Shown piece by piece: positions 57,014 to 64,000 of a stretch of DNA of 64,000 nucleotides; position 1 is the first letter of the stretch; the number at the start of each line of letters is the position of its first letter. The position numbers and the translations under genes are program-made. The stretch comes from an uncultured Rhizobiaceae group bacterium (GTDB lineage Bacteria > Pseudomonadota > Alphaproteobacteria > Rhizobiales > Rhizobiaceae): assembly GCA_947501445.1 (NCBI GenBank), contig CANMVS010000020.1, positions 12,310 to 76,309 of the forward strand. Direction: 5' to 3'. The notes beneath the pieces are model-generated. The model did not search any database. It was not told the DNA's origin and was given only the letters and a program-made list of their open reading frames with translations.

Positions 57014-58243
57014 TCAGGCCTTGAGCAATGATTTAAGATCGCTGTCGGGGTTCTGGATTGTGTCCATGTCAACCGATTTGCCCGATTCTATCAGCCGCTT
57101 TCCAACCATATATGCAGAAGGATCGTTCATGGCATCAACAGCAATCAGCGCTCCATTGCGATAATACCAATGCGACACGGCACCCTCGCGTTTGCCCGGT
57201 CGTGTGACAACGGCGTCATAACCCGTGCTCAGGCCGGCAATTTGCAATTTGACGGCAAATTGATCCGACCAGAACCAGGGTTTTGCCTCATATTGGGTTG
57301 GTGTGCCTGCAAGGTTCCTGGCAATACATTCTGCCTGATCAATGGCGTTTGAGACGCTTTCAATCCGGGTGTATGAATCACCAAGGGGAAAAGAGGCGCA
57401 ATCGCCCGCGGCCCAGATGTTCGGATCCGATGTTCTGCCACATGCGTCAACCCTGATGCCGTTATCAATGGTGACGCCCGCCGTCTGAGCCAATGTGGTG
57501 GCCGGAATTATGCCAACACCGACAACAACGAAATCAACATCCAGAGTGGAGCCATCCGAAAGCAGTGCAGAACTGACTTTTTGTTCACCGATCAATCGGG
57601 TCAGCCCAACCCCTTCGAGAACCCGGACACCATTTTCCACATGCAGCGCGCGAAAATAGTCAGCGGTTTGTTCCGCTGCCACCCGCTGCAAAATGCGCTC
57701 TGCCATCTCCACCAGTGTGACATCCAGCCCGCGCAAAGCAGCGACAGCCGCAGCCTCAAGGCCGATGTACCCACCACCAATGATAAGCAGTTTGCGCCCG
57801 GTGACAAATTCCGGAGCCATGGCGTCCACGTCAGCCAGATTTCTGACAACATAAACACCCTCGAGATCGCCGCCGATAGCGGCCGGCAGCTGGCGCGGGT
57901 CGCTGCCTGTGGTCAAAACCAGCTGGTCATAGCTGATCTGGCTGTTGGACAGACGAACGGTCCGGTTCTCGGCATCAATGGCGGTAACCTGCTCACCGGT
58001 CCTTAGTGTAATATTGTTGTTTTCGTAAAACTCCGGGGGCCGCAAATAAAGTTGCTCGCGGCTGATTTCGCCAAGCAGATATTTCTTTGACAGTGGCGGG
58101 CGCTGGTAGGGAGGCGCATCCTCATTGCCAATCAATGTGATACGGTCCTGGCTGCCAAGCGCTCTCAATTTGGCGACCAGAGCTGCACCAGCCTGTCCAG
58201 CGCCAATGACCACAATATGCTGCTGCGCATCGGTCTCAATCAT
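57014..58243 (-). CDS. Ferredoxin-NAD(P)H reductase (FAD-dependent)
   Basis: GAGQAG, YQRPPLSK, GGGYIGLE, WAAGDC, RIESV, PWFWSDQF. Confidence 0.93.
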   Translation of the reverse strand: MIETDAQQHIVVIGAGQAGAALVAKLRALGSQDRITLIGNEDAPPYQRPPLSKKYLLGEISREQLYLRPPEFYENNNITLRTGEQVTAIDAENRTVRLSNSQISYDQLVLTTGSDPRQLPAAIGGDLEGVYVVRNLADVDAMAPEFVTGRKLLIIGGGYIGLEAAAVAALRGLDVTLVEMAERILQRVAAEQTADYFRALHVENGVRVLEGVGLTRLIGEQKVSSALLSDGSTLDVDFVVVGVGIIPATTLAQTAGVTIDNGIRVDACGRTSDPNIWAAGDCASFPLGDSYTRIESVSNAIDQAECIARNLAGTPTQYEAKPWFWSDQFAVKLQIAGLSTGYDAVVTRPGKREGAVSHWYYRNGALIAVDAMNDPSAYMVGKRLIESGKSVDMDTIQNPDSDLKSLLKA

Positions 58244-58253
58244 TCTCTTTGCC

Positions 58254-58853
58254 CTAGTTCCGGCGTTCTGCCTGTACCGTCAGAAATTCAAGCTCCTCTG
58301 ACAGGAGCTCCTTGAAACCGTAGTTCAATTCCGCATCAAGGCAAAGACTGTCGCCGGTATCCACAACAACTTCGCGATCGCCGTACTGATAGATCGCTCT
58401 GCCGTTGAGAATATAGACGAATACCACGCCACTACCGATGTATTCCGGCGGCCGCACGTCCTGTCGGGTCAGTTTGGCATGCCTTGCTTCGAACTGAATA
58501 TCCCAACGGGCATGAAAGGCAAGATTAATATATTCATGGACATGGCCATCGAATATTCTGCTTGATTTGATGCCGTCTCCGCCTTTGACATGGGTAAAAT
58601 CACAGCGCCCGCCAGCTGTGCCCTTGAACAGGTTCACCAGCGGAACATTCAGCGCATTGCTTAGCTGCTGAAGGGTTGAGATTGAAGGCGATACCTGGCC
58701 ACTTTCAATGCGGCTTATCATGGCGGCTGAAACAGATGCGTTCTTCGCCAGCTCCCGGGCGGTGATGCCGCGTTTCTGGCGAAGTTCACGTACAGCCGTG
58801 CCGATGGCGGCATCCGCATCCACTTCTATTCGGTTATGTCCGGGCTTTTCCAA
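58254..58853 (-). CDS. XRE HTH-cupin transcriptional regulator
   Basis: VRELRQKRGITARELA...AMISRIESGQVSPSISTL plus C-terminal cupin (VYILNG..YQYG..VDTGDSL). Confidence 0.9.
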   Translation of the reverse strand: MEKPGHNRIEVDADAAIGTAVRELRQKRGITARELAKNASVSAAMISRIESGQVSPSISTLQQLSNALNVPLVNLFKGTAGGRCDFTHVKGGDGIKSSRIFDGHVHEYINLAFHARWDIQFEARHAKLTRQDVRPPEYIGSGVVFVYILNGRAIYQYGDREVVVDTGDSLCLDAELNYGFKELLSEELEFLTVQAERRN

Positions 58854-58889
58854 GCTGATTGCAACCTTTCCGGCCTTGCCGATATGTGT

Positions 58890-59471
58890 TCAGGTGGTCT
58901 TTGCGTAATAACCGACGACGTCACCATCCGTCGTAACGCCAAGACCGTTCAACAGGCGGTTTGCGTAATTGAAATAACAGACAATCTGATTGGCCTCCAG
59001 AATCTCACCATCATCCAGACCGGATTGTTTCAATGCATCAATGTCGGATTTTTCCATGGCACCCGGTGACAAGGTCAACCGTTCGGCATAGCGCAGCAGC
59101 GCCAGTTCGCGCCCGTCAAACGCATCCTGAGGTTGGCGCGCCCGCAGCGCCTTTTCAATTGTATCGGCGCGTTGATCATCGCCAATCAGATGACGGGCAT
59201 TGGCCCAATGATTGGCATAGGAATATTCGCAATCATTGAGCACCGAAACATAGGAACTGATCGTTTCCTGCAGCCAGGTGGGCAGAGTATTGTCATCATC
59301 ATGGAGGGCCGCGCGGTAAAGCACGACATGGCCCTTCATCGTATTGGGTCGCAAGGAATGAACCCGCATGACATTGTCGACCGTTCCATGCGGTGTGCGT
59401 GCCATATCCAGCACATCAAGCAGTTTTTCACTGGCGTCTTCGTCCGAGATCAATTTGATCCAAGCACTCAT
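58890..59471 (-). CDS. AhpD/carboxymuconolactone decarboxylase-like peroxidase-related protein
   Basis: VHSLRP, VSVLNDCEYSYANH, YFNYANRL. Confidence 0.88.
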   Translation of the reverse strand: MSAWIKLISDEDASEKLLDVLDMARTPHGTVDNVMRVHSLRPNTMKGHVVLYRAALHDDDNTLPTWLQETISSYVSVLNDCEYSYANHWANARHLIGDDQRADTIEKALRARQPQDAFDGRELALLRYAERLTLSPGAMEKSDIDALKQSGLDDGEILEANQIVCYFNYANRLLNGLGVTTDGDVVGYYAKTT

Positions 59472-59498
59472 GATAAATTCCCGTTAAATGCGTGTGCG

Positions 59499-60239
59499 TC
59501 AATTATGTTCATTGGCATTCAGTCTGCGCTCCAGCCAGCGAACACCGGCAGAAACAAGCAGAATGATGACAAGATATTCCAGTACCAGAATTGTGTAGAT
59601 TTCAAGCGGCCGGTATTCGGACACGACAAGCTCATTGGCCTTGCGTGTCAGCTCCGACATACCGATCACCGAAACAAGCGAAGACATTTTCAGCATGTAA
59701 ACAAGCTGATTGCCAAGGGCTGGCAGAATTCTGCGGATGGCCTGTGGCAATATGACGAACCGCATGGTGTCGACATAGTTCAGTGAAATTGAATGAGCCG
59801 CTTCATATTGCCCGCGGTTGATGGATTGTATGCCCGCCCGGAATATTTCCGCCTGGAATGCACTGTCAGACAGAGCCAGTGCAATGACACCCGCCCAGAA
59901 CACGCCAATGGTAAGACCGGTGACCTGCGGCAGCCCGTAGTAGACCCACAATATGAGGACCAGAATAGGGACGGCTCTTACAATTTCCACATAGACCTGA
60001 TTGAGGCGTCGCAGAAACGGTTTGTCCGAAAGGCCTGGCAGGGCAACCAGCAGACCGACGACGACAGAGATGAGGATCGCAGTCAGTGAGAGCAAAATGG
60101 TATAATACATGCCACTGAGAAGAAATTTCAGGTTCACCCATCCGGACGCTTTTGTCGGGTCCACCACATACCAGCCCCAATTGCTGGAGCAGCCGGAGAG
60201 CACGATGCCAATCAGAATGACTGTAGTGATGCGGATCAT
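59499..60239 (-). CDS. Polar amino acid ABC transporter permease
   Basis: VRAVPILV, AEIFRAGIQSI..GQYEAA, ILPQAIR; start refined to ATG 60239. Confidence 0.93.
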   Translation of the reverse strand: MIRITTVILIGIVLSGCSSNWGWYVVDPTKASGWVNLKFLLSGMYYTILLSLTAILISVVVGLLVALPGLSDKPFLRRLNQVYVEIVRAVPILVLILWVYYGLPQVTGLTIGVFWAGVIALALSDSAFQAEIFRAGIQSINRGQYEAAHSISLNYVDTMRFVILPQAIRRILPALGNQLVYMLKMSSLVSVIGMSELTRKANELVVSEYRPLEIYTILVLEYLVIILLVSAGVRWLERRLNANEHN

Positions 60240-60247
60240 GATGACAC

Positions 60248-61003
60248 CTAATGCTGAAGAATCTGGTTCAGGAAATCGCGGCAACGCTGGCTGTCGGGCT
60301 CTTTGAAGAACTTTTCCGGTGGTGAGATCTCAACGATTTCCCCATGGTCCATAAAGACCATCGTATCAGCGACTTTGCGTGCAAACCCCATCTCATGGGT
60401 CACGCACAGCATTGTCATGCCGGTTCCAGCCAGCTCGACCATGACGTCGAGTACTTCGTTGATCATCTCGGGATCCAAAGCTGATGTTGGCTCGTCAAAC
60501 AATATGATTTTCGGTTCCATACACAGCGTTCTTGCGATGGCAACGCGCTGCTGCTGGCCACCTGAAAGCTGTGCTGGGTATTTATGCGCCTGATCGGGAA
60601 TACGAACCCGTTCGAGGAATTTCATGGCCAGTTTGCGGGCATCTTCCATCGGGATTTTTCTTGAGCGCACCGGCCCGAGCGTCAGATTGTCCAATACGCT
60701 GAGATGAGGAAACAGATTGAACTGTTGAAACACCATGCCGACATTTGTTCGGATGGCCTCCATGCTTTCCTTGTTGTCTCCAAGATCCACGCCATTGAGG
60801 ATAATCTTGCCGGCGTTGTGTTTCTCCAGCCGGTTGATACAGCGTATCAACGTCGATTTACCCGAGCCAGATGGTCCGCAGATAACAACGCGCTCACCAG
60901 ATTTGACGTTTAGGGACGTATCCTTGAGTGCCTGAAAAGCACCGAAGAATTTTGAGACCTTCTGTATTGAAATGACCGGATTTCCGTTTTGAGCCTGCGT
61001 CAT
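60248..61003 (-). CDS. Polar amino acid ABC transporter ATP-binding protein
   Basis: GPSGSGKS, LSGGQQQRV, FDEPTSALDPE, VTHEMGFA; start refined to ATG 61003. Confidence 0.94.
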   Translation of the reverse strand: MTQAQNGNPVISIQKVSKFFGAFQALKDTSLNVKSGERVVICGPSGSGKSTLIRCINRLEKHNAGKIILNGVDLGDNKESMEAIRTNVGMVFQQFNLFPHLSVLDNLTLGPVRSRKIPMEDARKLAMKFLERVRIPDQAHKYPAQLSGGQQQRVAIARTLCMEPKIILFDEPTSALDPEMINEVLDVMVELAGTGMTMLCVTHEMGFARKVADTMVFMDHGEIVEISPPEKFFKEPDSQRCRDFLNQILQH

Positions 61004-61064
61004 ATCGGTCCTTTGCGTCTCTGCCTCTATTGACACCAAAAGGTAATCATAATGTTGTCTGACA

Positions 61065-61087
61065 TGCAACTTAATTAATTTGTTGCA
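61065..61087. promoter_or_regulatory. Palindromic operator candidate in the divergent ABC promoter
   Basis: TGCAAC-TTAATTAATTT-GTTGCA. Confidence 0.45.
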
Positions 61088-61147
61088 ATTTTTGACACTG
61101 CTTACTAACATGGGGCATGACAACAATAACAAAGGTGGACGGGAGCA

Positions 61148-61921
61148 ATGAGAGCATTAAAGATACTGGCAGCGGTCGCACTGTTAGGCATGATGTCTGT
61201 ACAGGCAAATGCACAGTCGGCCCTTAAGGAAATTCTGGACTCTGGTACTTTGAAGGTCGGTACGACCGGTGACTGGAATCCGATGACGATGAAAAACCCG
61301 GCAACAAATGGTTATACGGGTTACGATATCGACGTGATGACCGCGCTGGCTGGTGATCTTGGCGTTGAAGTCGAGTTCGTGGCGACGGATTGGAAGACAC
61401 TGGTCAATGGTGTTACGTCCGGCAAATACCACATCACCGGTTCTGCTTCCATCTCTCCTGGTCGTGCGAAGGTCGCAGGCTATTCGGACAGTTATTTCTC
61501 ACTGGCAACCGTGCCACTGATCCTCAAGGAAAATGCCGACAAATACAAGGACTGGGCTGACCTGGACAAGCCGGAAGTCAACGTTGCGGCAACGCTTGGC
61601 ACAACACAGGAAAAGCAGGTCAAACAGCATTTTCCCAACGCCACACATCGCATCGTAGAAGCACCGGCGCGTGATTTTCAGGAAGTGCTTGCGGGCCGTG
61701 CGGATGCGCATATTACCTCTAATGTGGAAGCCAACAAATTGGTCGACAAATATCCACAGCTGATGATTGTCCCCGTTATGGAACCAAAATCACCAACGCC
61801 CATCGCCATGCTGATGCCACAGGATGATTTTGTGTGGATCAACTATGTGAATACCTGGATCAAGTTGAAAGAAGAACGTGGCCTTTTCGACGAGCTGGCA
61901 GCCAAATGGCGCCTGGACTGA
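61148..61921 (+). CDS. Family 3 solute-binding protein of the PheC/cyclohexadienyl-dehydratase-related clade
   Basis: Signal peptide; LKVGTTGDWNP, GYDIDV, FQEVLAGRAD..ITSNVEA motifs. Confidence 0.85.
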   Translation: MRALKILAAVALLGMMSVQANAQSALKEILDSGTLKVGTTGDWNPMTMKNPATNGYTGYDIDVMTALAGDLGVEVEFVATDWKTLVNGVTSGKYHITGSASISPGRAKVAGYSDSYFSLATVPLILKENADKYKDWADLDKPEVNVAATLGTTQEKQVKQHFPNATHRIVEAPARDFQEVLAGRADAHITSNVEANKLVDKYPQLMIVPVMEPKSPTPIAMLMPQDDFVWINYVNTWIKLKEERGLFDELAAKWRLD

Positions 61922-61967
61922 GATCGATTTCAGGTTGAAATAATTTACCGTCATACGGTCAATGCTA

Positions 61968-62003
61968 AAACGCGCATCCATTCGAATGAATGGGTGCGCG
62001 TTT
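61968..62003 (+). terminator. Hairpin terminator after the binding-protein gene
   Basis: AAACGCGCATCCATT-CGAATG-AATGGGTGCGCGTTT, then GTTTG. Confidence 0.7.
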
Positions 62004-62043
62004 GTTTGTGCAGATGAGTGGTCCGGTGAACGCCTGTGGTGCC

Positions 62044-62375
62044 CCCGAGCGGCACGCTGAGACTTATCGAGAGGACACGGTTACCCGCGAAGCGGGCAAG
62101 CGCGAATTGTGCGTCGGGCCTGATGGCCCGCCCCGTCTGGAGCCAGCGCCGATAGGCGCGATACGGCGCGAAGACATTTATACAAAGCTATCGATGATCG
62201 GGTCGCAACTCAGATGCGCGCTCCTGTGAATACGTGGGCTTTGCGGGCGGGGTTGATTGTTTTCTATTCACGGCGCACCGGCGCTTTCGCGCCTGCCTCC
62301 ATAGGGGGCGGCCAAATTATTGGCCGGGCCACGGTCGTGGCCTGTTTGAGTGCCATGCAGGATTGCACCGGGTGC
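62044..62375 (+). repeat. Structured non-coding element, tandem copy A (~332 nt)
   Basis: About 14 differences from copy B; long closing stems and about 10 hairpins; G-T pairs consistent with + strand folding. Confidence 0.9.
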
Positions 62376-62401
62376 TGCGCACTCTGACTCTCGAGAGATT
62401 T

Positions 62402-62734
62402 CCCGAGCGGCACGCTGAGACTTATCGAGAGGACACGGTTACCCGCGAAGCGGGCAAGCGCGAATTGCGCGTCGGGGCTTATGCCCCGCCCCGTCTGGAG
62501 CCAGCGCCGATAGGCGCGATACGGCGCGAAGACATTTATACAAAGCTATCGATGATCGGGTCGCAGCGCCGAAGAGCGTTCCTGTGAACACGTGGGCTTT
62601 GCGGGCGGGGTTGATTTGTTTTCTATTCACGGCGCACCGGCGCTTTCGCGCCTGCCTCCATAGGGGGCGGCCAAATTGTTGGCCGGGCCACGGTCGTGGC
62701 CTGTTTGAGTGCCATGCAGGATGGCACCGGGTGC
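62402..62734 (+). repeat. Structured non-coding element, tandem copy B (~333 nt)
   Basis: Direct repeat of 62044-62375 after a 26-nt spacer. Confidence 0.9.
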
Positions 62735-62796
62735 GGTCCAGCATTTATACAACACCATAAAGTAACCGCACAGGCTTGCCTGCTATTAGCAGAACC

Positions 62797-62811
62797 ATTA
62801 GACATTCTAAT
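62797..62811. promoter_or_regulatory. LysR (GcvA-type) recognition box at the regulator's own start
   Basis: ATTAGA-CAT-TCTAAT, 3 nt before the ATG; contains T-N11-A and the CTAAT core. Confidence 0.7.
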
Positions 62812-62814
62812 ATT

Positions 62815-63741
62815 ATGCAAAATCTTCCATTCACGTCGCTGAGAGCATTTGAGGCTGTTGCCCGATTGCGCGGTTTCAATCGTGCGGCGGAGGAGCTTGG
62901 GGTTACCCAAAGCTCGGTCAGCCAGCATGTGAAAGCACTGGAGGAGTGGACTGGGCGCAAACTGTTGATCCGTTCATCGCACAACACAAGTGTCACCGAT
63001 GATGGCCAACAGTTGGCTGACGCCGTAAAGCGCGGCCTCGGTGACATTATTGATGTCTGCAATCACCTCAAACAGCGGCAATCGAATGAACAGGTTATCG
63101 TTCTTTCATGCCCGCCCGGATTTGCGCTGAACTGGTTGTTTCCAAGGTTGATCAATTTTGATCAGCGTTACCCTGATTTGCCGGTTTCCATAACGACACA
63201 TTCATTTTCCACCTCGATTTCACCCTCAGATACGAATCTGTCGATCCGCTACGGCACCGGTAAATACCCAAATCTGTTTACGCAGCAGCTTATGACAGAA
63301 CGTATGACACCAGTGTGCGCGCCGACCCTGCCTGATGGGGAGCCACCCTTGACACAAATATCTCACCTGGCCCGGCACACGGTTCTGCTCGACGAGATTG
63401 GCCAATATGAAGCCAATCCCCCGACCTGGTCCTATTGGGCACAAAAGGCCGGACATGATTTGCCGCGCCTTAACCGCACGCGAAGGTTTGGGCAAGCCAA
63501 TATGGCAGTGCAGATGGCCATACGCGGCGGTGGTATCGCCCTTGGTCGTGAACCATTGGTTATTGATGCGCTACGGGAGGGAAATCTGGTGATGCCGTTT
63601 GCGCAATTTGTACTGTCGGAGTATGGCTACTGGCTGGTTTGCAATCGGCAAACTGCACAACAGGAGCATATTCAAATATTCATGAACTGGCTGTTGGAAG
63701 AGGTGGCTGCGCAACCTGATATGGCAGATTTTGTTGGCTGA
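62815..63741 (+). CDS. GcvA-like LysR transcriptional regulator
   Basis: LPFTSLRAFEAVAR..GFNRAAEELGVTQSSVSQHVKALE, WLFPRL, IRYGTGKY; start refined to ATG 62815. Confidence 0.93.
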   Translation: MQNLPFTSLRAFEAVARLRGFNRAAEELGVTQSSVSQHVKALEEWTGRKLLIRSSHNTSVTDDGQQLADAVKRGLGDIIDVCNHLKQRQSNEQVIVLSCPPGFALNWLFPRLINFDQRYPDLPVSITTHSFSTSISPSDTNLSIRYGTGKYPNLFTQQLMTERMTPVCAPTLPDGEPPLTQISHLARHTVLLDEIGQYEANPPTWSYWAQKAGHDLPRLNRTRRFGQANMAVQMAIRGGGIALGREPLVIDALREGNLVMPFAQFVLSEYGYWLVCNRQTAQQEHIQIFMNWLLEEVAAQPDMADFVG

Positions 63742-63766
63742 AATCGGATTGCTAATGGCTCCTGGT

Positions 63767-63781
63767 ATTAGATGTTCTAAT
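63767..63781. promoter_or_regulatory. Second LysR box upstream of the Rieske oxygenase
   Basis: ATTAGA-TGT-TCTAAT, same arms as the box at 62797. Confidence 0.7.
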
Positions 63782-63870
63782 CTCTGCCATAATCTATTCA
63801 ACCTTGCCACAACGCGCGGCTGATCGCTAGACTCAAGGCTGGTGATCAGTCGGTATTTGGAGATGGACGT

Positions 63871-64000
63871 ATGTTTTTAAGGAACACCTGGTATGTGGCT
63901 GGCTGGAGCAAGGATTATGGACGTGAACTCAAGGCGGAAAAGCTTCTGGGTGAGAATATCGTCTTTTATCGCGCCCAAAATGGTGATCCTGTCGCACTGG
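63871..64000 (+). CDS. Rieske aromatic-ring/demethylase oxygenase alpha subunit (VanA-like), 5' part
   Basis: Manual translation MFLRNTWYVAGWSKDYGRELKAEKLLGENIVFYRAQNGDPVAL; SD GGAG; truncated by the window end. Confidence 0.85.
   Translation, partial: MFLRNTWYVAGWSKDYGRELKAEKLLGENIVFYRAQNGDPVAL

Noticed and set aside
61990-62587. ORFs containing the repeated peptide PERHAETYREDTVTREAGKREL
   Set aside because: They are translations of the tandem structured element. Differences between copies are largely non-synonymous but structure-preserving, and no protein family is recognisable.
62044-62734. Possible CRISPR array, SAM-I riboswitch (TTATCGAGAG) or group II intron domain V
   Set aside because: Only two long units and no repeat-spacer pattern. 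The SAM-I resemblance stops after about 10 nt. There is no AGC...GNRA...AC-bulge domain V geometry.

Overview
Chromosomal segment of an alphaproteobacterium of the Rhizobiales/Hyphomicrobiales type, judged from gene content, CtrA boxes and a speF-type leader. The backbone is housekeeping and metabolic: ornithine decarboxylase with a long structured leader, a TRAP transporter, COG0523/WD40, indolepyruvate oxidoreductase, cytochrome oxidase subunit IV, pntAAB-pntB, rpsU, soxBDAG, cysHDN and mscS. Accessory material: (i) a stand-alone HNH nuclease between a membrane GGDEF/EAL gene and a FeeM-like acyltransferase that has CtrA boxes; (ii) an ~18 kb block bracketed by two copies of a ~100 bp intergenic repeat, holding an ArsR/SRPBCC/MAPEG cassette and a sugar-catabolic island with MocD/E/F-like oxygenase genes and a PanB paralogue lacking its Mg ligands; (iii) a terminal catabolic region (M29/NicX-like protein, ferredoxin reductase, AhpD-like protein, polar amino-acid ABC system with a PheC-like binding protein, GcvA-like LysR, Rieske oxygenase). 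Inside region (iii) is a tandem pair of ~332 nt, ~96% identical, highly structured non-coding elements with a compensatory base-pair change, which is the most unexplained feature of the window. No rRNA, tRNA, CRISPR array, transposase or integrase was seen. Family assignments come from motifs and recall, not from database searches.
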